Origin: a virus
Lineage: Duplodnaviria; Heunggongvirae; Uroviricota; Caudoviricetes
Length of the DNA: 64,000 nt
Direction: 5' to 3' (one strand)
IMG/VR virus record: IMGVR_UViG_3300044675_001501
Location: 1 to 64,000 of that record
A model generated the notes under the pieces. That model had not been told where the DNA came from and did no database searches. It worked only from the letters and a program-made list of their open reading frames with translations. Below, one piece after another: positions 48,401-59,000 of the stretch (positions are counted from its first letter, which is position 1; every line of letters begins with the position of its first letter). The translations under genes were made by a program, and so were the position numbers.

Positions 48401-51400
48401 AGCATAATATGTCTGACCAGAAACAAGAGCAGTTTGTGTTACACCATCTTTGTCAACATAAGGAGCAGTTGCGATTGGTGTAGCTGATCCAGGTCTATAG
48501 ATTAGAGAAGTTCCATCTCTGAACTTATGGTTCTGAATTCTAATGTAGTCTTGTGTTGTGTTTACTTCAGTGTTTGTAAACGACTTAGTGTTGAATGGAA
48601 TGTTCGAACTTGTCGCAACAACAAAAGTTGTTGGATCAGGAATATCCTCAATAACATAAACACCATCAGCATCAGAAGCTCTAGTAAACACGTGAGTTCC
48701 ATAAGACTTAAATGCAACATTGTCGCCAAGATTCTTATTAGAACCAGTAAAGACTAGAGGTCTTGATTCAGCTGTATACGCAACAGGTAGAGGTGTAGTA
48801 AAATCAAGCCTCAATGCCCAATTGGTTGCGGCATATGGTGGAATAGAACCTAAGAATGTTCTTGGTGGTAGTCTATTAAAGTTAATGAATGTTCCACCGA
48901 ACATACCAGCATGCGTTTGGTTCAGAGTAACAGTAATGTTAGGTGCTGTTCCGCTAAACGCTGTAACATATGTGCCAACTGGGAACGGACTAAATGTAAC
49001 TCTCTGACCAGCAGTAACACCACCGTGGATATCGCTGATAGTAACTGTTGTTCCACTAACTGCAGTTACTGTTACATTTTCTGGGAAGTTAGCCTCTGGT
49101 GAACTTACATATAGACCAGGAATAACAGCACCAGCAATAGTGCCAGTAATAGAAGCATTAGATAGAGCAACAGTTGGTGATGCGCCAACAGTAAAGGTGT
49201 TAAGGATTGGATCAATATCAGTGATCAACAACCCTGTTGCTGCAAGAGTACCAGTACCAGCAGTAACTGCAACAGTCATACCAGTGTTCAAACCAACCGT
49301 TGAAGGAACACGAATAATTGAAGTTGTTGGTGTGCTAGAACCAATACCTGCTGCAATAACAGTACCAGCAAGTCTAGTTGCTGGAGTATTACCAGCAGTA
49401 ATTACACCAGTTGTTGCGTTCGCAGTACCAGTAATTAGAGTTGGTTTTAGTGGGTTAGTTGTTACGATAGACTGAATAACTGTTTGTGTTGCATAGTTTG
49501 TTGCAGTCGCGAACGCACCCTGTCCACCAGTAGCTGTTGAAATTAGAGTTAGTAATTGACCAACTTTAAATCCTGTTGCGCTTGGAACATAGATATCGTT
49601 AGTTAAGTTAGTTCCTGTTCCGCTTGAAACACCAGCGATGAATCTAGCGCCAGATAGTGCAGTAGTAGGAGCATCAGTTAATACAAATCTATTGCTGTCA
49701 ATAATAGCAGCAACTCGAGTATTATTAGCAAGAGCTCCAGCACTGCTAATACCACCTGTAGTAATAGCACCAGTAGCCGTAACTTCAACTGCCATACCCT
49801 GAACTAAACCAGCAGTGCTACTTGTGTAGACCATGTTGCTGTTTAATGTCATTGTACCAGTAGCAGTTGTTAATGTCTTAACAGTACCAGCTACACCACC
49901 AGAAATAGTTTCTGAAACAGTGAAGGTAGTTGCGCTTAGGATCTGCTTAACATAGTAAACAGTATTTGTTAGGATAGTACCGAATGTTGTTCCAGTAAAT
50001 ACTACTGGGGTGTTAACTTCAATATTTGCAGTATTGCCAGAAGTTGTAATAGCATTTGTTACTGAAGAAGTTGCAGTACATGCTAGAGTGACAACTACGC
50101 TACCAGCACCAGCGATAATTCTCTGTCCAAACAATGGTGTTGATGGCGTTTGGTTAACCGTGAATGATTTTCCATCAACTGCAATAGATGTAACATAGGT
50201 AGCTACTGGAGTTGTTACTAGAACGCCAGCTGATCCTGCTACGTTAGTTGCAAGAACTGGAACCATACCAACTTGAAGACCAGTTGTGCTATCGCAGAAA
50301 ATACGATTACCAACAGAACCGAAACCACCTCTAATGATTGAGGTGTTAATTACTGGTTCATCTCCAGTTGTCGAACCAATACTACCAACACGATATGTGT
50401 CTGATGCAAAAACAGTTTCATCTAGATTGTTGTTAGCATCTTTGTATCCAACAATAAATGCAACAGAGCGATATGCTGCTGGGCTATCAGGAACAGTTCT
50501 CTTAGAAACAACAACAGAGCCTTGTGGAAGCCCAGCTGTAAATCCAGCTGTTGTAGCATTAACGTGGTGACCTTCAGTTAGAGTACCGCCACCAGTAAAG
50601 CTGTTACCCCAGAAAATATTACCACGAATATATTGCTGAGAACCAGAACCGTATGTTGTTAATGGAATAGCTGTATTACTTTGGGCATTAACCAAAGATG
50701 ATGCTAGTTGAATGTAGTTTGCATTAACTTTAATGATATAGTACAAGTTACCATTCGTTAATCCACCAATATCATTACCACCGTTGCTGAAATAGCGAAC
50801 TGGGTCGCCTGTTAGATATGGGTGTTGTGGTAGACGAATAGAACTTAGAATAGCCGAAGGTCTTCCGTCAGTGCTTGTATAAACATCATTACCAGAGTCA
50901 GCCTTGAACCCTCTAATGTTAGAGAATCCGCTAGTTCCAGCAACTGCACCAGTAGCAAGGAATACTGCACTACTATTAAATGGAACTGCTGAAGTTACAG
51001 CTGCTGCAGTCTGAACTCTATTTTCTGTATAGATGTTAGCAGTTGAGCTAACTTCGAAAGTATTACCTTCACCAGCAGTAGCTGCAAAAGTTGTAGTTGA
51101 TCTATTACCATCAACATACATATTTACCGCTAGTCCAGTATTTGACTTAACAGTAAAAGTATTAGTGTTTGCAGTAGCAGTAGCTGCAGCAACAGTTGAT
51201 AGGTTAGGTGTTGCTTGTGTTACTTCTTGACCTGCTTGAATCTTAAAGAATGTATAAGATCCAGCAGTAGTAGTCGCAGTATGTGGGGCTGTCAACTCAA
51301 TTTGAGTTGGAGAAAGAATTCTCTGAATTCTAGCGTCTAGATTAATACCAGCGCCAACAACTGGCATACCTGGTTTCAATTCTAATGTGTCAGGAACAAT

Positions 51401-54400
51401 CAAAGTGTATTGATTGATTAAACCTGCATTAGCAGCTAGGGTCTTAGTAACATTAGTGATTTGGGTTGCAGTAGCAACTGTTGCCGTTGTCGATACAGCA
51501 CCAACTATTCCTGCCGCAACAGCTACGTTATTTGCTCCACTATTAGCATCATGCCCAACTGAAGATAGAAGATCAGCTTGAGCAGAGGTTAGAGCCATAA
51601 CAACAATAGAATCTACGTCTATTGTTGCAGACTCATCTGATCCAGTTTGAGCGAAAGTGAACGTATTAGTTCCAGTTGTTGTAATTGTAACAGGAGATGA
51701 AGTATTAAACGAAGTTGTTGGCAACCCCTGAATCATTACAGTTTGTGAATTATTGTAACCATGAGCTTCTTCTGTTGTAATTGTAACAATATTAGAAGCT
51801 CTTACTGCGCTCTGAATATCTCTTGGCTTGAACAAGATTCTTGCTGTTCTAATGTTACTTCCTGTTACTGCAGAAACTTTTGACTCGAATGGAAGAACGC
51901 TACTAGACTTAACTAGATGATTTGTAACAATACCACCACCATTAGCAGAAGGAGTCTTCTTGTCTAATAGTCCATCAATTGCTTTCAAGGTAGTAAATGT
52001 TTTACCAGCAGGAACTGGGGTAATAATTGCACGTCTAGCTGTTACGTTAGCAAAGTCAACATATTTGTAAGCAATACCATACGTTACACCAGTCGCAGCG
52101 TTTTGAGTTACTGCTGGAGCAGGATTAGTAAATACTGGAATGTTAACTGTAATTGTAGAAGGGGAAGCATTAATTACTGGAGTTGCTGGAACAGTAGCAA
52201 CAGTCCAGAATCCATTCATATAAGGAACTGGATTATCACGAATAATAATCGAATCACCAACAGCCAAACTGTGGTTGGTGTTAAAGGTAATCGTCATTGT
52301 TGACGCATTAGCAGTTTTACTTACAGCAGTTATTCCTAGTTCTTGAGTTGTTGTTGAAACTCTAAAGTTGTCAGTATTAACTGCTTTAACGAAGTATTCA
52401 AAGGTGTTTCTCAAACCGTCAACAATTGGAGCACCAGCTGAGTCATAAATGACTGTTTGGTTTGCTAAGAATCCATGATTTGGTTTATAAACAGTGTTAG
52501 CTGTTGCTGAATACTTAACACCAGTAAAGGTGTGAGATCCAGTGCCAAATCCTCTTAGATCAATTAAAGTTCCTGTTGCTCTGTCTTTTAGTTTAAAGCG
52601 GTCGTCAGAAACTTTTTCAACTAGATAACCATTAGAACCAGCAGCAGCCAAACTTGTTGCGCTTGGGCTCTGAATTGCAGTATCTGTTGCAGTATATAAA
52701 ATGTAATCGTTATTTAAGAATCCATGATTAGGGATATAGATAGAATCTGATTCTGCTAAAAGAACAATAGGTGTAATGAACACCTCACCATTAGTTCTAG
52801 CTCCAGGTGTAACTAGAGGATTTGCTGGTCCTGTTGAGAATGTTAAATCAAATCCAGAATTTGTTACAGTTCTAACAAAATAAATTGTGTGAGCAGTATT
52901 ATTAGTTGTTGCATCAGTAGCATTTGTTACTGTAGTATTGGCAAGAGCGCCATTAGCTGTATTATTTGTTACAATAAACGCATCACCAGCAGCAAGACCA
53001 TAAGGGACTCCGCTAACCGATGCATTTAATGTCATAACACTTCCAGCAGAACTTACGAATCTGAAGGATCTTGTTGCTACAAACTTTCTACCCTCAAGAA
53101 TAGTTCCAGTGTTTAGAACAACCCTAGCATTAGAGTTTGTCTGGCTGTATACTGTAGGTAGAGCTGTTGCTAATAAAGCAAAATTATCATCGTCGATTGG
53201 ATAAACGAAATAATTTCTAGATGCTGTTAAAGCAGCTGGGAATGTGTTTCCTGGTGGATTATAGAACCATAGAGCATCACCAAGAGCATATCCGTGACTT
53301 GGTACATTAAAGCAAGAAACTCTAATATTTGGCTGTAGGTTTGCTGCTGTTCCAGGATTGTCAGAGAATGTAATCTTCTGACCATGAGTAATGTTAGCGT
53401 TAATGTTAGCGCTAATTTGAACAGTAACAAAGTTATTTACATCTGGCGCACCAACTGTGTTAACTGTAGCATTGGTTGGGATACCAGTTCCGCTAACAAC
53501 CATTCCAGGATAAATCTGTTTATCGTATAGAGTAGCTTTAAATGTCAACTGGTTTGTCGAACCGCTTGCTCTTGTGCCGCCAGAAAAACCAGAAAGATCA
53601 AGAGCTCTTGTTTCCTGATAAGCGAGAGCACTAATAGATGAATTTCTATCATATGCCCAACCAGCATCAACAACAGAAATTGACGATACACTAGAACCTG
53701 TTACTGTTGTTGAGAACACTGCTGGAGCTGCTGAAAATCTTTGAGCAGTTCCGACGCCACCAGAGGTATATGTAATTACGTTGGTGTTATTTAATGCATC
53801 ATTTCTAGTTGGGTGTAACTGAATTGTTGTTGCTGATAGATTTCTAACATATAAACTTAAACTACTTGCGATGAATACATTTCCTGGCAAGAATCTACCA
53901 GTAGCGTTGTTAAAACAACCAGAACCAATATTAGTAAACTTGATGAAGTTTCCACGTAGAGCATCTGAGTATGTAGCAGCAAGTCTAAAATTATCCGCAT
54001 CAATTCTAATTACAAAATACGGAGTAGAATCAGTTAGACCACCAATAACTGCTAGTGCTGGAGAGTTAGCGTTAACTGTTCCAGAAGCAGTTACAACTCT
54101 TCTGTAATAAACTCTATCTCCAGTAACAAATCCGTGATCATCAGTTCTGATGATGCTTGTTTGAGAAGAGATAGAAGCTGCGTACCAAGCAGTAGTAGCA
54201 TTAAAACTAATACCTGTTGAAAGGTTATAAGGGAACTCAATAACAATTGTTAAGATATTGTTTTGAATTTCATAAGAAGAAATTCTAGTTCCTTCTGGTG
54301 TTAATAATGTAGGAGCTGTTGTAGTCGTAGCGCTAATAGACCAAAGTCTTAATTCCTGACCAATTTCAATCTTACCATAATAAGATAATGGATCACAAGT

Positions 54401-55813
54401 AATTAAAGCTGTCTTTGCGCCGACGCTTGCGCCACCGAAACTAGCGCCAGTACCAAATGCAGCTGGAGAATATCCAACTTGACCATCAACAACACTTGCT
54501 TCGCCCATAAAACGACCATTAGATGCCCAGCTGTATGGATCTCTAATTACAGGTGTGCTACCGATAACTGGGTTAATATTCGCGCCTTCCATGTGATACT
54601 CGACACGATCACCAGTATTAAATGTATGAGTAGATGTAGTAATTCTACCAGCATTAGCACCAGTTCCAAGAGTAACACCACCTGCAGTAAATGTAATAGA
54701 GTTTACGTTTGCTGTTGTGCTTCCACTAAAGAATGGGACAGCAACAGGAGCACTAACATAACCTGCGCCACCATTGACAATTCTTGCTGAAGAAATTGGA
54801 GCATTTAATGTAGTGTTGATATTGCTGTTGTCGAAATATAACGTACCCTTACCAACAAATCTGTATGGGGTTACTGATGTAATTCTGTAGTCTAATACAG
54901 ATTCACCAATAGAAGTTGATGTTGTTGTTTTCTCAGTTGTTATTGTATCATCAGAATTAAAGTTTTCAATAGGGATATCTTGACGATAGATAGCAACAGT
55001 ATTGAGGAAATAGAACGGTGTATTTAAAGAGAAACCGTGTGGGAATTTAGTTTTAACAATTAGATGTGATGGGTTTAAACCATTTGTTTCAATATCAGCA
55101 ACAGTAATCTGCGAACCAAAATAGAATGCGCCTGGAATAACTGCAGTATAAACAGTAGATAGTTCTAATGTTGTTTGTGGGGAGAATGTTAACTGATATG
55201 TAAACTGACTTGTGCTGATGACAGCAGTAACAATATAACCACCCTCGAATTGAGAGTTAGCCAAACCAGTAATTTCAAATGGGGAGCCAGCAGTTAATCC
55301 ATGACTTGGAGCTGTAACTAGAACAGTTGAGGAACCTTGTGTTGACTGAACAGATGTTACTGAGATTGCATTCGCACCGTTTCTTGAATAGAATGATGGT
55401 ACATTATTAACAAGTTTCAGAGTTTCCCATTTTGTGGTTTGTAAACCATATTCAAAGTCAGTATCGATAAGATTCTCTGGCTGAGAAATACGTATCTTAG
55501 AAACTGGATCGATGAATGGATCTTCAGGGCGAATTTCTGTTGATTCATTTTCAACTAGAACCTGAAGTGTATCGGTATTTAAAACATTAAGCGCAGCTAG
55601 AGACTGTCTAAAGACAAATTTAGTTTCATGTGTATCTAAATCGTATTCTCTAGTAAGAACACCAGATCCTTCATCCGCGAAGTTATAGATAATTCTGTTT
55701 GTAGTTACATCAGTAATAAGCAATAATCTTTGCAAGAGAATATTGCCATTGATGAAAATAGCATTATTATCTCTATCAATTCTATATCCTGTTGCTAATA
55801 GTTTCTTAGCCAT
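45419..55813 (-). CDS. giant virion structural protein (3464 aa), paralogue of the gene at 30558..39899
   Basis: Uninterrupted 10.4-kb frame. It shares the N-terminal attachment motif and the C-terminal ~650-aa module (…RQTRKYFRYQSGKGIQVS…YSWYGAGK(V/I)RFG…WGTSVIMDG(G/R)FDDDKAYLF…WSESQA) with the 3113-aa protein. Confidence 0.85.
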   Translation of the reverse strand: MAKKLLATGYRIDRDNNAIFINGNILLQRLLLITDVTTNRIIYNFADEGSGVLTREYDLDTHETKFVFRQSLAALNVLNTDTLQVLVENESTEIRPEDPFIDPVSKIRISQPENLIDTDFEYGLQTTKWETLKLVNNVPSFYSRNGANAISVTSVQSTQGSSTVLVTAPSHGLTAGSPFEITGLANSQFEGGYIVTAVISTSQFTYQLTFSPQTTLELSTVYTAVIPGAFYFGSQITVADIETNGLNPSHLIVKTKFPHGFSLNTPFYFLNTVAIYRQDIPIENFNSDDTITTEKTTTSTSIGESVLDYRITSVTPYRFVGKGTLYFDNSNINTTLNAPISSARIVNGGAGYVSAPVAVPFFSGSTTANVNSITFTAGGVTLGTGANAGRITTSTHTFNTGDRVEYHMEGANINPVIGSTPVIRDPYSWASNGRFMGEASVVDGQVGYSPAAFGTGASFGGASVGAKTALITCDPLSYYGKIEIGQELRLWSISATTTTAPTLLTPEGTRISSYEIQNNILTIVIEFPYNLSTGISFNATTAWYAASISSQTSIIRTDDHGFVTGDRVYYRRVVTASGTVNANSPALAVIGGLTDSTPYFVIRIDADNFRLAATYSDALRGNFIKFTNIGSGCFNNATGRFLPGNVFIASSLSLYVRNLSATTIQLHPTRNDALNNTNVITYTSGGVGTAQRFSAAPAVFSTTVTGSSVSSISVVDAGWAYDRNSSISALAYQETRALDLSGFSGGTRASGSTNQLTFKATLYDKQIYPGMVVSGTGIPTNATVNTVGAPDVNNFVTVQISANINANITHGQKITFSDNPGTAANLQPNIRVSCFNVPSHGYALGDALWFYNPPGNTFPAALTASRNYFVYPIDDDNFALLATALPTVYSQTNSNARVVLNTGTILEGRKFVATRSFRFVSSAGSVMTLNASVSGVPYGLAAGDAFIVTNNTANGALANTTVTNATDATTNNTAHTIYFVRTVTNSGFDLTFSTGPANPLVTPGARTNGEVFITPIVLLAESDSIYIPNHGFLNNDYILYTATDTAIQSPSATSLAAAGSNGYLVEKVSDDRFKLKDRATGTLIDLRGFGTGSHTFTGVKYSATANTVYKPNHGFLANQTVIYDSAGAPIVDGLRNTFEYFVKAVNTDNFRVSTTTQELGITAVSKTANASTMTITFNTNHSLAVGDSIIIRDNPVPYMNGFWTVATVPATPVINASPSTITVNIPVFTNPAPAVTQNAATGVTYGIAYKYVDFANVTARRAIITPVPAGKTFTTLKAIDGLLDKKTPSANGGGIVTNHLVKSSSVLPFESKVSAVTGSNIRTARILFKPRDIQSAVRASNIVTITTEEAHGYNNSQTVMIQGLPTTSFNTSSPVTITTTGTNTFTFAQTGSDESATIDVDSIVVMALTSAQADLLSSVGHDANSGANNVAVAAGIVGAVSTTATVATATQITNVTKTLAANAGLINQYTLIVPDTLELKPGMPVVGAGINLDARIQRILSPTQIELTAPHTATTTAGSYTFFKIQAGQEVTQATPNLSTVAAATATANTNTFTVKSNTGLAVNMYVDGNRSTTTFAATAGEGNTFEVSSTANIYTENRVQTAAAVTSAVPFNSSAVFLATGAVAGTSGFSNIRGFKADSGNDVYTSTDGRPSAILSSIRLPQHPYLTGDPVRYFSNGGNDIGGLTNGNLYYIIKVNANYIQLASSLVNAQSNTAIPLTTYGSGSQQYIRGNIFWGNSFTGGGTLTEGHHVNATTAGFTAGLPQGSVVVSKRTVPDSPAAYRSVAFIVGYKDANNNLDETVFASDTYRVGSIGSTTGDEPVINTSIIRGGFGSVGNRIFCDSTTGLQVGMVPVLATNVAGSAGVLVTTPVATYVTSIAVDGKSFTVNQTPSTPLFGQRIIAGAGSVVVTLACTATSSVTNAITTSGNTANIEVNTPVVFTGTTFGTILTNTVYYVKQILSATTFTVSETISGGVAGTVKTLTTATGTMTLNSNMVYTSSTAGLVQGMAVEVTATGAITTGGISSAGALANNTRVAAIIDSNRFVLTDAPTTALSGARFIAGVSSGTGTNLTNDIYVPSATGFKVGQLLTLISTATGGQGAFATATNYATQTVIQSIVTTNPLKPTLITGTANATTGVITAGNTPATRLAGTVIAAGIGSSTPTTSIIRVPSTVGLNTGMTVAVTAGTGTLAATGLLITDIDPILNTFTVGASPTVALSNASITGTIAGAVIPGLYVSSPEANFPENVTVTAVSGTTVTISDIHGGVTAGQRVTFSPFPVGTYVTAFSGTAPNITVTLNQTHAGMFGGTFINFNRLPPRTFLGSIPPYAATNWALRLDFTTPLPVAYTAESRPLVFTGSNKNLGDNVAFKSYGTHVFTRASDADGVYVIEDIPDPTTFVVATSSNIPFNTKSFTNTEVNTTQDYIRIQNHKFRDGTSLIYRPGSATPIATAPYVDKDGVTQTALVSGQTYYAVVVDPNFVKLAPTFDEAVSPTPTTIDLTAGTNGSQSFDTYSIVGLTRGLGTVVVTEESDIITGIGTKFLTNFKGGDVLRFYTAANPGKIFNYIISSVKSDTSIKLRSPITPDAIVKVNLIIDRTVSAGAAVTTGSQTITVNNAADLAVGYYLFDSNGRFKANTRITAINGNILTISEYLNSSFAAGNAISIQPVFEYFINTNIYVKSNATTAHRPFDGGVTMTTGLVPDSSVVRQTRKYFRYQSGKGIQVSIAINFNPPTDCEELTSNENIAKIKVDSPHGFKPGTTNRIRVSEATVASGHNGYNGQFDILEVVDEYTFTYVYEDTPLFGTVTNGTNTIGSVWNLNGVAVGKTIKAGTYGGITIPANTIITDVNTNTKVLTLSNTVVGSSPTVGISSISRLNDTVTVVTSSSHGLVTGNYISISGTGVGANFNGFSAPVTVVDSTTFTYTQAGVNITENSGTVIKQIRLPIYRQNGSSVAYGFPKFNLVSWKDAAVRCGLFDTQNGMFFEYDGQQLYCVRRSSIQQISGRINATYRSSLITGEKTKFTTQLSVGEYVVIRGMSYKIIGIDSDTQMYIQPEYRGSTLTNIIGTKTIDTKVPQNQWTLDKADGNGRSGYVLDLNKIQMVYIDYSWYGAGKIRFGVKDQRGEVRYFHEFIHNNEFVEAYMRSGNIPARYEVVTFGEPTFSPQLFHWGTSVIMDGRFDDDKAYLFTADSNVITLTNGGTQIVASLASTNINRGDDFILVTNANSSKFIVGSSVSVQNDFNNFYLPANTLVKSVSIVAGTTNSRVILTQRFRNNITGVGASGQNFIVGGGTSNQSISALAPVPLVSIRLAPSVDNGLTGGLGFRDVINRMQLTLNSCGVLLTHESEIKLFLNSDLSDSNFVNNTAPSLSQIYRHSPGETIKNGIQLFSFRASGGSIISATTGQRSLVQTTAELGEVAQLGNSILGGDETFPNGPDILTITATPIDTSTINGSAPFQASARITWSESQA

Positions 55814-55835
55814 TTAGTTCCTCTGTTCCAAAAAG

Positions 55836-56063
55836 TTATGCTAGTGCAACTGCAAGCGCAATTTGTAATGATTGTGGGTTAACTGAATCCCATCCCGATC
55901 CATTGTATACTTCTAATTTTCTTACAGTTTCATTATAGCGAACCTGACCAGCTTCTGGGCTCCCAGTTCTTTGTGCTGTAGTTCCTCCTGGCATATCAAC
56001 AACATCGCCTTGTAGTTTGATGTTTGATTGCAGAGAACCTGATTTGATTTTACTGATCGCCAT
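55836..56063 (-). CDS. small fibre-associated protein (75 aa) with a phage tail-fibre repeat-like motif
   Basis: '…TTAQRTGSPEAGQVRYNETVRKLEVYNGSGW…' resembles the recurrent tail-fibre motif. Hydrophobic C-terminus IALAVALA. Confidence 0.45.
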   Translation of the reverse strand: MAISKIKSGSLQSNIKLQGDVVDMPGGTTAQRTGSPEAGQVRYNETVRKLEVYNGSGWDSVNPQSLQIALAVALA

Positions 56064-56083
56064 GTTTTCCCCTGAAGATAGTA

Positions 56084-59000
56084 TTATTTAGCGGACATAT
56101 AAGTGAAACTTAGATTCATAAACGCTGAATTTGTAAGAGAAGTGTGAGTTAGTGGAATCCATCTTCCTGTTAACAAGTTGGTATATCCAAGTCTTACGAT
56201 GTTTGAAGATTGTGGAATAACAGCCATTGCTGGTCCAAATTGTTCTGTTGATTCATCAAAGTTAAATCCAAAAGATTGCTGAGTAACACCATATGATTGA
56301 TACGGTAGACCAATAATAGTCAACTCACCAAGAGAAGTTCCAAATTGAATTAAACGAATTTGGATATTTACTGTAACAATTCTTCCAGTTTTAACATATT
56401 GACCAATATTATTTAGGTAGATTAACCCAACAGAATTTCCACCAATTCTTAATTGTGGAGTAAACGAACCAACTTCTTCATTTACGTTTCTACTTACTGT
56501 ACTAAAACCAAGATGTTGAATAGTAACTTTTTCCCCAGTAGATCTTGGTGTAACAAACTCGATAGAATCCGAGCTACCAAGAACAGCAACAGCTGTCGCT
56601 GCGACTAGAGGAACATCTCCAGACTGCGGTGTTACCACGACAGTTGGGGTATTTTCGTAACCTGAACCCTGATTCGTTACTGCTATACTTGCAACCCCAT
56701 ATCCCAGTCTTGCAGTAGCAGTTGCTCCGCTACCGCCACCACCAGAGAATGATACTGATGGAATGCTTGTGTAGGAAGATCCAGGACTAATAACTGTAAC
56801 AGCAACAACCGATCTAGCAAGTGTTACTGTTGCAGTTGCTGTTGTTGTATTAGTGTCGCCAACTTGTGGTGTAATTGTAACTTGAGTGCTTAAATTATAT
56901 CCAGAACCTGCGGTGTTAACTCCAATGCTTGCGATTCCATACCCAAGAACAGCAGTAGCAGCAGCGCCAGAACCATCACCAGTAAATGAAACTGTTGGGG
57001 CAGAAGTATATCCTGAACCTCCAGAAAGAACAGTTAGATTCTTAATAGAACCTGTTGATACTAGGTTTGCTGTAGCAGTTACGCCAGTTCCTGACCCACC
57101 TGAGAAAGAAATAGTAGGAGCAACAGTATATCCAGATCCACCAGCAGTAATTGTGATAGAAGCAACAGCAAAACCTAGTGTAGCAGTAGCTGCTGCACCA
57201 GATCCACTTCCAGTAAATGAAATCGTTGGCGCTGATGTATAACCAGAACCATTATTGGTAATTGTTAATGATGCTACCGCGAAACCTAGTGTAGCAGTAG
57301 CTGCTGCACCAGATCCACTTCCAGTAAATAAAATCGTTGGCGCTGATGTATAACCAGATCCACCAGCAGTAATTGTAATAGAAGCAACAGCAAAACCTAA
57401 AGTTGATGTAGCGACTGCGCTGGTTGTTGCTGCCTGAGCGCCAGTATCAGTAATAACAACTGTTGGCGCTGAAGTGTAACCTGAACCGCCAGCAGTAATA
57501 TTTAAACTAGCAATTGTGTAACCAAGAACTGCTGTAGCAGAAGCTCCATTACCGTCACCAGTAATTGTAATTGTTGGTGCTGAAGTATAACCAGTACCAT
57601 TATTTGAAAGCGTAATAGAAGCAACAGCATAGCCAATTACTGCAGATGCGGTAGCTGGGTTTGTAATTGTATCGCCTGGATCAGCAGTAATAACAACAGT
57701 TGCTGTGGTATAACCAGAACCAGCATTAGTGATGGTAATTCCTGTAATTGTTCCACCAGAAACTGTTGCAGTAGCAGTAGCGCCAGAACCATCTCCACCA
57801 AATGTAATTGTTGGAGCAACAGTATATCCAGCACCACCGTTAGTGATATTTACTTGTTTAATTCCACCTGTTGATGATAAGGTTGCAGTAGCAACTGCGC
57901 CAGAACCACCACCTCCAGAGAAAGAAACAGTAGGAGCATTTTGATAGTTAGACCCACCGTTGTTTAACGCAATTCTTTTTACGTTAGCAGTAGCAGATAA
58001 TGTTGCGGTAGCAGTAGCGCCAATACCAGAACCACCACTGAAAGAAATAGTAGGCGTAGCTTCGTAACCTGCTCCAACATTACTAAGAGTTAATGATTTA
58101 ATTACACCACTAGAAGCAAGAACAGCATCTGCTGTTGCGCCACTACCATTACCGCCAGTAAATGTTACAGCAGGTGCTTCTTCGTACAATGTCCCACCTG
58201 AAGTAACAGAAGCAGAAACAACGCTACCTGATGTTGCTAAAGTTGCAGTAGCAGCAGCATTGCTTCCATCACCAGTGAATGAAACTGTTGGTGCTGTTGT
58301 ATAACCAGAACCACCGTTGCTTAGTGTTAATGTTTTAAGAGCGCCAGCAGTAGCTAATGTTGATGTTGCTGTTGCTCCAGTTCCGTTGCCACCAGTAAGA
58401 GTAACAGTTGGCGCTGATGTGTAACCAGAACCACCACTGTCAACTGTTGCGGTGTTAACCGCAAATCCTAAAACTGCAACTGCGGCAGCGCCAGTTCCAC
58501 TACCACCTGTAAAGTCTACGGTAGGAGCGCTGCTATAACCAGAACCAGCATTATCTAATGTTAGAGATTTTAAAGAACCAGTTGTTGTTAGAGTTGCTGT
58601 TGCTGTTGCGCTTGATCCACCACCACCTGTAAAGGTAATAGATGGTGCTGAAGTGTAGTTTGCTCCTGGATTTGTTACAGCAACAGAAGCAATTTTACCA
58701 GTAGATGCTAGAGAAGCCTCAGCTACTGCGCCCTCACCAGCGCCACCTGAGAAAGAAACTGATGGTGGTGTTGTATAGTCATCTCCACCGTTATTTACCG
58801 TTACACCTTTAACAATACCAGTTGTTCCTAGTGTTGCTACTGCTGTTGCTCCAGAACCATCACCAGTGAAGGAAATTGATGGAGTCTGCTCGTAACCTGT
58901 TCCGTTATTTGTTATAGAAACAAGTTTTACAGATCCAGTAGTTGCTAGAGTAAAATCCTCAACAGGAGTTTGAACTTGACCATCAACCGAAACCAAAAGT

